Shown: one piece after another, positions 53,161 to 64,000 of the stretch | How positions within the stretch are numbered: the first letter of the stretch is position 1 | Layout of the letters: every line of letters begins with the position of its first letter | Assembly: GCA_046563655.1 (NCBI GenBank) | Contig: CM102284.1 | Span: 5,766,001-5,830,000, forward strand | Origin: Yuukianura sp. NJ FZ-2021 | Taxonomy: Eukaryota | DNA length: 64,000 nucleotides | Direction of reading: 5' to 3' | Notes under the pieces: model-generated | Database searches by the model: none | What the model was told of the DNA's origin: nothing | The model's input: the letters and a program-made list of their open reading frames with translations, nothing else | Translations under genes and position numbers: made by a program

Positions 53161-53543
53161 GGTTAAGTAAATCGAAACTAACCGTAAACGTAAAACGCAA
53201 TTGATATGGTAGGAATTGACAAATTATCACGAAAAAAATGTGACGCTGCGAGTGATCTTTTCCTCGCTGAAAAATGGTCGTACGCGCAGATTAGTCATAC
53301 TTACACAGGATTGCTGCTACTGAAACTAACCTGGCCTCCTTCTGGAAAGGGATTAGGAAATGGAAAACAGATCTTAATTAAACACAAGGCGGAGTCTGTA
53401 CTACAAAGTAATCAACACCTACCTGCGTCTGGATTAGTCTCTACATATATCATCTAACATAATAGTGGCCAAGTGATCTATAAAGTGTAAATGGTTCAAT
53501 GTCTAAAGTTTATTCGCACAAGTTGATTTTGATTACCGAAGAT

Positions 53544-54394
53544 TCAGAAGCCATCAGATGCTCCACGGCTGCTCTTGATGGAGGCTCGGTCACGTTTTTG
53601 TCTTAAACGTTCTCTGGCTGCTTTCTCGGCTCGTTTTCTTAGTAAATCTGCAGTTTCGGGAGTAGGTTCGGCGGCTTTAACTGGTTCACAAGATCGGATG
53701 AGTTCTCGTATTTTTTCAAGGGCATCGGCAGTATTCATGTGTTGATATCTAGTTCGATCCGAAGCAACAAACATGTACCCGTCCTTCGTTATCCAACTCC
53801 GAGCCTAAAAATGACAAAATGAACATGAGGATTCAAAATTCCAAGGACGAAAAGAATTTTATAAAGGCAGTCGCCCGCCCGGTATACACTGGAAGTGGAA
53901 ATGCGTGTAGCATCCCTGAAGTTGTTACCTTAGATTTCATGATGTTTCGGATAGATTCAGGAATCCAATCTGCCGAATCCACATGGAACCTCACTTCAAC
54001 TTTTGTATTGACCGTATTTACGTGTTGACCGCCTGGACCACTACTTCGGCAGTGACTGATCTTAAGACTTTCTATAAACACAAATAAGAATACTTTAGTT
54101 TTAAGACAGAATCCATAATTCAATTTAAAATTATGCAAACTCACCCATTGGGATATATCCGGAAAATACTTCATCACCATTTTGTGGAACCTAAAATAAT
54201 GTAAGTTAATAATCAACATTCAGTTCATCAATCAAGCATTTAACTATTGGATTTCTTACCGTAGGCTTCTTAGCAATATTTAGTGTACTGTTTGGATACA
54301 GTTTGTCAAGGGAGATTGAACTTTTGTAAGCACTGAATTGTATACCAGAACTAGCACAGGAAAGCAATCGACGATGAATACTACTAAGCGCCAT
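53544..54394 (-). CDS. ICT1: Mitochondrial peptidyl-tRNA hydrolase ICT1 / mL62
   Basis: YKSSISLDKLYP, RSSGPGGQHVNTVNTKVEVRF, SDRTRYQHMNTADALEKIR, basic C-tail. Confidence 0.95.
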
Positions 54395-54460
54395 GGTTCT
54401 TCCAGATCCAAGTAGTGTACTTCACCTTGTGTTCTTCCAAGAGTTTAACCGATTAAAATA

Positions 54461-55817
54461 GGGTCGGTGCACCTAAGTGTGATCGTTTTTTCTGACTTTC
54501 GACTTTAAGCAGCAAAATCTCTCAATCTAAACGGATTTTGACAAATCCAAAGCATCAGTTCTGTAGTACAACTTGTCTCCAATGAGATCAACTAATTTTT
54601 TATTCAAATCTTGCAGCATAACCTTGTTTTAACGAATTTTTAAAAAATTTGAACAGCCAATCACACTTTCCCCCAAAATGGGGCAAGTGTGATTTTTCTG
54701 TGGGAAAGTGTGATCTATTGAAAAGCATTATGTATTCAAGTTTTTTAATTTTACATTAACACAAAACACTGCAATTCACACTTTTAGGTATTCTGTAGGC
54801 TGTTTGATTCACTCGAAATTCCGGTGTAGTATCGGATATTCCGCATTTCTCGAACCCTTTTTGATAATGTTCGGACTTACTGCGCTCCATGTTTTCCAGA
54901 AGATATAGGCAAAACCTGACTTCGGTAGTAACGTTCTATAGTTATGTCGTGCCCATTCCGCCATTATCATTTCTACCCTAACCTATCATTTGCACTTAAC
55001 ACCTTAAAAAACTGTAACGTCGAGCGGTTGAAGGATATACGAAGTGTGAGGTTGCAATTACAAAATTGCAACATTGACAACTTCCTTCCCAACTCCAAAT
55101 CCCCATTTGCTCATCGTTTTCAGCACGTCCGAAAGTTCTTTCTCCTTGTCAATTGAAATGCTTGCCAATCTGCCTCCTCCACATACGCTTTCTAGTGCTG
55201 ACTTCCTGCCTTTCCTACCTTTCGTTTTCATTATGAGTGCAGTTTTTGGTAGGCCGAATTTGGACACGGCTTTAGCAATTAGAAGTGCATTTTGTACCGC
55301 TTCATGTGTCCAGGCGCCTCCACATCCCCTGTTTGTCTTTTGTACGTTCATTTCGTACCATTTTGTACAGAATCATAAGTTAGTTTTATCAGTTTTCCCT
55401 TCTGGTTTCGGTAATCACACTTCCCCCACTTTTTGAAAAATCGGGGGGAAAGTGTGATTCCAGTGCTGTTAAACACTGGAGTATCGTACCACTCGAAACT
55501 CGACGTACATTGTTACTTAACGCTTTGGAGAAGAGAATTGTCGGAACAGCTGATTCCTGACCTCAAGGTTTGACCTTTTAAATTCCAACTCTCTTTGGAA
55601 AATGAGAATTAGAAAGTAAAGTTTAGAGTTGGTCCACAAATAAAACCCACCTTTTCTTATATGCAAATTAGCTGATAAAATCCCGCGAGCTCTAAATCTT
55701 GTAGCACATTACCCCCTGAACAACGTGTACTTTTTAGAATTTTAAAATTCATTACCCCTGTGATGCTATAAGCTGCGATCACAATTGCCCCGCAATCACA
55801 CTTAGGTGCACTGACCC
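54461..55817 (-). mobile_element. Internally deleted pogo/Tigger-family DNA transposon
   Basis: TA-flanked TIRs GGGTC(G/A)GTGCACCTAAGTGTGAT; subterminal AAGTGTGAT repeats; HTH-like ORF 55351-55058 followed out of frame by PHTSYILQPLDVTVFK. Confidence 0.88.
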
Positions 55818-56549
55818 TAGTCTAATTACTAATTTGATCAGCGATGGAAGGTTGAAAATCTAAATATCTATGTAAACAATAACAGCTGACGTCCCAGTAG
55901 ATTTTTTCCACACATTACTCTTCTACCTCTCACTCAACTTCAACAGATATGGGGTGAATCAAGGTGAATTGAGTTTAACTATTACAATTGCTAAACATTT
56001 CAACTAACAAAACTAATTAGTACATTAAAGAATAACGTTAATTAATAAATATAAATATAAAATTAATATTTCAATAGAAAAAGTAATCGTGTTAGGTTGA
56101 GCTCAGCAGTAGCAGAGTGAGTGGTGAACGGATGCAGTTAAAGAATCAATACCGGTGGAAATTGAGCCATTACACAAGTTTTTTGCATCCAGCATTCAAC
56201 GCATGCGGCGTAGCGACATTTCGAATGGAATTCTCGAAACTCCTTCCTTCCCTTCTGGAACGAACGGGATTTCGAAAGTTTAGTTGATTTTTAGAACTTG
56301 ATTGACTGGATTTCATCTCTTAATTGATCTTAATTGTGTAACAAACTACATTTGACAACTTTCATCAATCGACGTAGGAAGCACCAGATCGCGTGCATTA
56401 TATTTCCTGAATCGTTTAAAAAGGTAAGGCAAAACTCCTTCATTCACTCATCATCTGCATCGCTTGGATATGACAAATTGTCATTGAAAATTTACGTGTA
56501 TTTTTTTCCTGTAGGCAGACAAACCAATTTTGGAACATACAACTTGAAA

Positions 56550-57176
56550 ATGCTACCATCTTACGCTGCGTCTAGCTTTACCTTAACGTCGAATTTGCAA
56601 GAGGCCGGATCCTATTCTATTCTGTCACGGCTCAAGAACGTTCGGGTTGCCGACGACGTGCAGGGGCATTCTCCGCCACAGTCACCCGTCCCAAGGAATC
56701 CTATCATGGAAACATCAGCAGTCATCCCCAGCTTGAATCTGAATAGCATCGGACCCGGAGCCAGCTCATTGCCGTTCTTGAGTTACTCGGCTGCCACTGC
56801 AAGCTTGCAGTGTACTGTCAGGCGTGAGGAAGAGCCATATCGAGAACGTGATTCATCTGTTTCACGAGTCTCGCGATGCACCACAACAGCTCGAGCCAAA
56901 CGTCGGGGTTCTACTACCGCACCACAGCAGTTCTACAATTCGGCTCAACGTCGCAAGGATCAGGACCGGAAGAACGATAAAGGATGTTCGAGAGACATGG
57001 GTGTGCCGCGCGTTTCACTTGCTCCGCCTCCTCCACGTCCTCGACCACCTAAATATATTTCACTGATTCCTGGAGAAGAGCCGTTTCATCCGAACATGTT
57101 ATTCATTTTGCAAATGGAGATTCAACGCGGATTTATTGGAAACATCATTGAAGAAATGGCAATGGGAAAGGATTAA
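56550..57176 (+). CDS. Orphan 208-aa Ser/Pro/Arg-rich protein
   Basis: Uninterrupted ORF after a canonical 5'UTR intron (~56424-56514); no recognised domain. Confidence 0.55.
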   Translation: MLPSYAASSFTLTSNLQEAGSYSILSRLKNVRVADDVQGHSPPQSPVPRNPIMETSAVIPSLNLNSIGPGASSLPFLSYSAATASLQCTVRREEEPYRERDSSVSRVSRCTTTARAKRRGSTTAPQQFYNSAQRRKDQDRKNDKGCSRDMGVPRVSLAPPPPRPRPPKYISLIPGEEPFHPNMLFILQMEIQRGFIGNIIEEMAMGKD

Positions 57177-57790
57177 GCTCACTCCAACGTGTCGGATTCG
57201 TAAGTTCAACTTGATTCAATCGAAACGTATTTACGTATTTATCTTCCTGCCCAACCCTTCTGTTTAAAGTAGCAACTTCTGTTTTCACTAATTTTCTAAT
57301 ATCTAGTAGGTTAGGTCTTTAAAAAAATATAATGTTGCAAATTAATTTATGTTTCTTAGAGCAGAGAATCGACTCACACAAAGTGTTTTATGCCACTCTT
57401 TTAAGTAATCCAACGTTTAATTCAAGCAATCTAACTTTTCCTGAAATTCTACAATAAAGATTAAGATTTATATGATGCTGAATTGTCAAGTTTTAAACTC
57501 CTCCATTTGCTTCTACCGCAACACAACAACGTAAAATTTTGTTTGGATACAAAAGCGAACTTTTAGTACTAAAAATGGAGGAAAAATGGTTTGAAATGAG
57601 TTGTTCTCGGTACTTTGCGAAGTTATCAAAAATTTGATCTGCGTCTGCGTCAGTTTTGCAAGGCGTATCACTGGACAGTGACTTGGAAATCTAGACAAGA
57701 GGTAATTGAAATGCTAAACTTTAGAAACTTTTATGGAAAAGGCACAACGTTTGCTCTGGATTCTTTGCAGGTTCCAAAACATTTGAAGAG

Positions 57791-58060
57791 ATGCTGATCT
57801 TTTTCTGGGATTCGGGAAATCTTATAGTCGAAGCATTCCAATTCGCGACGTGGATGATCATTTGGCTTTTAATCATAATGTGCACGTACAATTTGGTCAT
57901 AATCCTGATGAACCATCTCCGAGATACGCTGATTCTCTATGCAGTACTATTCATCATTTACATTGTACTGAAGCTCTACTACTGCAGCTATTACGACTGT
58001 TCTTCCACTGCCAAAGATGGACAGGGGTGGTTTCCATTTTGGGGTGCGTCTCCTAAATGA
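57791..58060 (+). CDS. Small 89-aa two-TM membrane protein
   Basis: Two hydrophobic helices, upstream GT-AG intron 57702-57770, AATAAA just after the stop. Confidence 0.5.
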   Translation: MLIFFWDSGNLIVEAFQFATWMIIWLLIIMCTYNLVIILMNHLRDTLILYAVLFIIYIVLKLYYCSYYDCSSTAKDGQGWFPFWGASPK

Positions 58061-58201
58061 ATCTAAATAAATTCCACACTCCACTAGCGTAAGATTTTCA
58101 AAATTCGTGTTTTAGAATTTAATCGATAAAAGGATTTTATGAGAGGTTTGACTTAACATTTCCATTTGAATTTGGATAAATTTTCAGAACGATGCAGCAG
58201 T

Positions 58202-58821
58202 TCAGTCAAGAAGGGAGCCTCGTCGTGGTCGATAGGGTCCATATTGGAATTGTTCTGGAACCGGTGCACCAAATCCTTCCTTGCGATAAAACCCCCAATC
58301 TTCCAGGATTGAATTGCATTCGGCTCTTGACTTATCCCACAGAGGAATGGACTTTAGAATTTTATCATCATGGTTCAGTAGTAGAAGAATCGTTTCTTGG
58401 TCACCGCCATCTTCTAAGGTCAAATTGTGGCTAGAAATAAAAACAAAATGACAAAAAAACAGACACTATCAAGCTTGAGCCTTATGCAGTTTCAGTTCCT
58501 TAGGCATTTTGGAGCTGGTAGCTCAAACTTTAGAATTTATGACGCTAACTTACTAAAGGGGCAGATCCTGGTCCAGAAACGCATATACTTCTGGACGATG
58601 CTTGAGCTCACATGTGATGCACGTTGACTGCAAAGACACCAAAAACAATCAGTAGAATCTCTGATCTTCGACTTCTGACTCTAAATGAAACCAACCTGGA
58701 CAACTGCTCTCATGACATCTAAATCCGTAGTAGGGATTCCCGGTAATCTGCTTGGAGTGACTCTCATCAACGCTCTGGAAACTCTTGGATTTGCACGCAT
58801 CCTGGATCGACCACACCCCAT
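58202..58821 (-). CDS. Selenoprotein M-like thioredoxin-fold protein, Cys homolog
   Basis: Exons 58821-58696, 58627-58554, 58430-58202 give RAVVQSTCITCELKHRPEVYAFLDQDLPLYHNL...IPL..KSRAECNSILEDWGFYRK...VPEQFQYGP, matching the SelM pattern. Confidence 0.85.
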
Positions 58822-61123
58822 CTCTTCGCAATTAATCAAACGTTACCTGAAAACCCAAATTAATCGTTTGTCCAATGAAGGAACATCAAAAAATTTTATT
58901 CAAGCATCTCCTCCAGTAAATCAATGTTACTAGTTTGCGTTTACCTGATATTGTCTGTCCAGGTTCCGGAAACCTTACAGTACACCGTACAATCAATCAT
59001 AGTTGAGTCACTGGAGAAATCATTAATTGAAAAACACTGATCAGTTTCTTCTATCGTTGCATTTTTTTGGAATTCAGAAATTCAAATGTCAAAGTGAAAT
59101 TGCAAACGAAATTTTAAATTGAATGTTGAATAGCACCTCAATTCAAATTTTTTCCCGCTATTTGCTCCCCACCCAGGCAAAGAGTAGATGTGGCGAGAGG
59201 TGAGGAAGCTTTTTGCTCCGCATAATCCCCGCATAACATCCGGCCAAAATCGAGGGTACACTTTTTGGATAGCAGTCTGCACGACACGCAAAAATCAACG
59301 CAAATCAGACTGTGCTGCGTTCTCAACTGACACTTACTGTTTTCCCTGCACTGCGTTATATTATTATTTAAGTGGCGGAAACATGCAATAATCAATGACA
59401 CATTCGTAATGTCATCATAATAATTACGACCCTCAACTTATTCCCTTCATTTCTACATTTCAATTAAGTAATTACTGAAATGTGCTTCATTTCCTACGCT
59501 CTTGCGTCCAAATTCAAGCAATTTAAACCTTAGGTTTAATATTAGGTTAGAAATTAGTTGAAAATCAATTAAAAACTTTTCGATCGTCAAACCGAGTTTA
59601 CTTTAGTGCTTACGGAACTTGTGGCAGAAAAGCAGTTGAGTTGAGGTGTCAAGTTTTGTGAAAGCTGAATTCATACTGCAGAACTACAAAATATTTCAAA
59701 ATTTTCAATTCATTTTAGTTTAAAATTCAGAATTAAAAAAATGAAGAATTAAGAATTTAGACAGTTTTTTCTTCGAAGGTTTTGTAAGCAAAAATATGGA
59801 ATCCAAAATTATGAAAATTTCATACGGAATGGACATTAAGCAATTTTGTATTTTTGTTGTTGAAAAGCCAATTGGATATTAAAAAGACTATTAATAGAGG
59901 GATTTATAGTTTAACCTTCAAATTAACTGTTCTCATGTGCAAATTTTTTGGATTGCGTTAGGTTTAGGTCTAACCTATTAGAGGTCACAAAAGGGCAGAG
60001 GTCAAGCCCTTCAAAAATCAAGCTTCATAAAAATGTTTATCAAGAGGGAAAGTGGCAAAAATGTTAACTCAAGGGCTCAATTTCCACGTTCGTGACCTTA
60101 AAACTTTTCAAAAAATATTGAATTTTGAATAAAAGTTAGAGACTGGAGGTCATTCCAGCATACTCTCCTGCTCATAAAAGTAACAAAAATTGTTGACCTC
60201 TGACATTGACTATCGCTACTCAAGGCCGTATAAAATGAATGGAAAGAGTGTGCTCCTCACTGTTGCTAAGTGACACGCGCGTGGGCAATCCGCTTCTGAC
60301 CGGGGATTAGTTCAGAAGCACTGACTTTGACCAGTGATCAGCAAGCCAAAGCTTGAGACTTTAAGCTCCTCGGAAATTAAAATCTGTTTCTAGCGGTTTA
60401 CGACTAGCTGAGATCCTTCAACCTTCAAATTCTCAAAAATCTGAAATTTTGAATTTAGCGAATTTGAAAAAAAAAGTTTCCACTAATTAAAATACAATGC
60501 CAAATTCTCCAACTTCTGGATGTTTTTAGGACTTTGTTTTCGAACAGCAATTGAGGTCATGGAATCTTAAGAATGATGAAATTGTGTGAATGGTATTGGA
60601 TATGCCAATGGTACAAGTTTTAGTGAAGAGAATAATTAACTGCGGAGTTAATTAACTTTTGAATGCTTTAGCAGATGCTGTAATATTCCAAAATCATACG
60701 ATTGACGTCTGATCCAAAACTACTTTGATGTAGAAAGAAGAGACGCAGTTGACATAAGCCGCTTGGACCAGAAGTGGCTGTCTAATCCTCAGAAACCGTA
60801 TAAATACACGATCAAAAGATGCTATCGGTTTCCAAAGGAAGAACTCCTCCTTCAGTAAATTTATAAACCAAATCCACTACTTTTAGGACTTTGTCAATTT
60901 AAATCGTAGGACTTTTTTAAAAGATAGAACAAATCTTAAGGCTTTTGAATAAAACCCAGTTGGACATAACAAGCGGAAGCAATAAACGAGGCTTTTATGT
61001 ACATGACTGGAAAACTTATTTAAAAACCAAATTTTGAAAGAATTTAAAAAGCGGAGAAAGCGTTAAAGTGAGAGAAAGTTGGAAGGCGAAGTAGTAGCTG
61101 CGAAGAAGCGATTTCTAAAAAAT

Positions 61124-63888
61124 ATGAAATTGAAGACTAATAATGCGGACGAAGAGCGTCACGCTACGCGGAAAGATGGAAAGAGATATCCCAGTTTTCA
61201 CCAGGTACAGCAAAACTCCCAGGTCAAAGGTCAAATACTGCCTTGACAATCCTTTCTTCCTAAAACCGAACCTTCCTGATGACCATGCGTCCAGAATTCC
61301 AAAAATTTCAGCAAAGTTGCGTCAAAATTTTCAACTTGACTGAATTCACACGTAAGATGGGTCAAAGGTCAAATCCACGAGGTTGTCTAAAATCCTTGTA
61401 CCCCTGCCATTGAACCCGTGAAATCCTGAATGAATTCTTGAAATCCTGAATTTCAAATTCTTTCGGTTTTTCCATTTTCCTCCTCAAGGTCAAAGGTCAT
61501 GCAATCCTTAACTCCTATGTCCACTTTTCTTGCAAAAGCCAAAATTTTGCCAAGGAAAGCTCCTTTTTCCAATAGAGATCCGTCCAAAAAACCTATTTTC
61601 CAAGAAAAATCCAAAAATTTTGGAATAAAGTTCCATGAAACACCTAACTAAAGAAATAAATTTTTAAAATCGCTGTTTTTTAATTTGTAGCTGATAACGG
61701 TAGCTGGAATTTCGATGAGTTTATTTGCAACGGGTAACATCACTGGATTTTCGTCTGTAACGACTTACCAACTGACACAACCAGGAGCGTCATTACAAGC
61801 AGATCACGATGATCTGTCATATATAGGTAAGAAAAATTCACAAAATTTTTGTATTACAAAATACAATTTTTCTTTTCCTAAAATCCAAACTATTCTTCAA
61901 AATTTTCACCTCTTTCACCATATTTGATGTTCCAAGAGGTTGATGCTACACAGTTTCATTTCGTATCCAATTGTACAAAGTGTTGTGCTTGTGACCTCAA
62001 GTGAAACTGAAACTGAATTGAACTGATTTTGATTTCAGCGAGCTTGGTAACAGTTGGAATGTTCATCGGAACGCTAGTCGGGGGTGTCGTGGGAGATGTA
62101 CTGGGTCGACGCAGAACAATTATGATGAGTTCAATCCTCTTCTGCGGTGGTTGGATTATAATTGCTTTTGCATCGGACGTTTGGCACATTCTTATGGGAC
62201 GACTTATGACCGGAGCTGCTAGTGGAATCTACTCAACAACTGTTCAAGTAAGAGGATTAAACGATTAAACTTAAACCCAAACAGAAGTTGACCTGTGACC
62301 TCGTAAGATTAGTAAGAAGAATACTTGAGGTCAAAGTGTAACGCGTTCCGTGTTTGGGTGAAAGTCGGACCCGAAATGTTGACGTTCACTTCATGCAACT
62401 TCTAAAACTTTCTTTTTCAGTTTATAATTTTCGAAATTCTAATTTTGATTTTTTTTAACAGTGTTACATTTGCGAAGTTGTGGACAAGAGTATTCGTGGT
62501 GTTAGCGGGTCAATTCCAACGTTGATGGTGTCACTCGGGGTCATTTGTATGTACACCTTCGGAAGTTTTTTCAACTGGAGAATGCTGGCTCTCGGATCAA
62601 GTATTTTCCCACTCTTCGTTTGCTTCTACACTTTCTTCCTTCCGGATTCACCATCTTGGCTGATTAGTAAAGGCAAGTATGCCGAAGCAGTACGATCTTT
62701 GACATGGCTCACAAATGACGCCGAAGAAGCTGAGGAAGAAGTTGCCAAGTTGACGCGAATCCGAGAACGTCGTCAATCTCTTTCGCATTGTGCACCACCT
62801 TCGCAATTTCAAAAATTCAATCTACGCACATTCATTAGCCGATTTTCGGAACGTTCTGTACTTCATCCACTTGGAATCGGTGTGGCGCTGTTCTTCTTCC
62901 AGAAATTTTGTGGCGTTTCGTCAATCACTTTTTACGCAACACTGATTTTCAAGGTAAGTTCACCAAACAAAGAGAATTTCCGAGCGACATACTTTCTTTC
63001 TGGAAAAAAAAATTTATGCAGGTTGACTAATCCTCAGAATTGACCGATTTTTTTTTAATTTCCGCAGTACGCTGACAGTGAAATCAATGACTACGTTCAA
63101 ACAATTGTAATTGGTTTCGTACGACTCATCGCAACGTTAGTAAGCGTTTTTCTAATCAAATTTTACCGCCGACGTGTTCTGCTCATCACTTCCGGTTTGA
63201 TGATGTTCGCATCCAATGGAATTCTTGGAGGCTACTTTTACCTTAAAGCGAACTATGCGCATGTCGTATTTGCCAACGGTACTGGCACTGATGCTGCTGG
63301 AAACGAAACGATATCGATCATCCACAGTGCTCTAAGGTCACACAGTCTGGATTGTCTACCCCTCATCTGTGTCACAGTTTTCATGATCTTTTCATCAATT
63401 GGATTTGGAATTATTCCATTTTTCTTAGGTAAAGACAGAAAACTTTGAAATTTCGAAATATTTGAGACAAATTTTAAACTTTTCTTGCTTTCTTTTCAGT
63501 TGTGGAACTTTTGCCAACTGATGTCCGAAGTATCTCTACTTCGTTTGCCTACGGATTCTGTCAACTGTGTCAATTCATTGCTGTAAAAACGTTTCTGAAC
63601 ATGCTGGATACACTGAATACTTACGGAACATTTTGGTTCTACGCTGCAGTTGCTTTCTGTGGAGCCTTGTTCGTGGCTCTCTGTGTTCCGGAAACATCTA
63701 ACCTCAATTCAGCCCAAATTGAAAAACTTTTTGAACCTAAAGACAGCGGACTTTCTTCTGGAGAAAGTAGCAACACAAGCAGCGATTTTGAAGATGATGA
63801 GGAAGATGATAAAGTCCCGAGTTCCAAAACACCGCTAATCAAATCCAAGGGAATTGAAGTTGAGTACGGGTCAAGTTCCAAAGTATAA
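61124..63888 (+). CDS. Tret1-like MFS sugar porter (paralog b)
   Basis: DVLGRRR, YICEVVDKSIRG, PDSPSWL, QKFCG, VPETS; shares intron positions and long peptide blocks with paralog a. First exon 61124-61204 is inferred from splice phase. Confidence 0.9.
61221..61499 (+). promoter_or_regulatory. Three nuclear receptor DR1 elements in intron 1 of transporter b
   Basis: AGGTCAAAGGTCA at 61221 and 61487, GGGTCAAAGGTCA at 61359. Confidence 0.6.
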
Positions 63889-64000
63889 TTCCAAACGTAC
63901 GGAAACAGTACGAAGCGAATAGCGGTACGAAAGTTTCGACATCGTGATCATAGCATAATGAAAAGTTGAACAAATTGCCAAACCTAGCTCCTAAGTGACA

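Noticed and set aside
58184-58204. TGA stop of the SelM-like gene as a selenocysteine codon
   Set aside because: The active site already has Cys, another TGA follows after five codons, and no SECIS-like stem was seen downstream
60670-61060. Coding-looking stretch upstream of transporter b
   Set aside because: Stops in all frames and no consistent splice model; probably 5'UTR or decayed sequence

Overview
Compact, AT-rich eukaryotic (arthropod-like, possibly springtail; taxon is inference) genomic DNA, mostly with short (~55-100 nt) GT-AG introns. Gene spans below include introns. In order: 3' part of HEN1 (+); a degenerate ~1-kb tandem repeat block; Neuroglian (-) with a ~10-kb 5' intron holding a 117-bp MITE and a G-U-supported hairpin; a tandem pair of very divergent tetraspanin-like genes (-) behind an RFX X-box; erect wing/NRF1 (-); tRNA-Glu(TTC); shifted/WIF1 (-) with COQ7 (+) nested in an intron; TTC26/IFT56 (+, X-box); RpS26 (-) with a candidate intronic H/ACA snoRNA; TAF7 (+); RBMX2 (-); a large low-complexity protein with a PDE10A-like N-terminal helical motif and twin C-terminal repeats (+); two divergently oriented Tret1-like sugar transporters that flank ICT1/mL62, an internally deleted pogo-type transposon, two orphan ORFs, and a Cys-for-Sec selenoprotein M homolog with an MGCGRS acylation-type N-terminus. 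No prokaryotic, CRISPR or rRNA features were seen. All family calls are from motif recognition by eye, not database searches.
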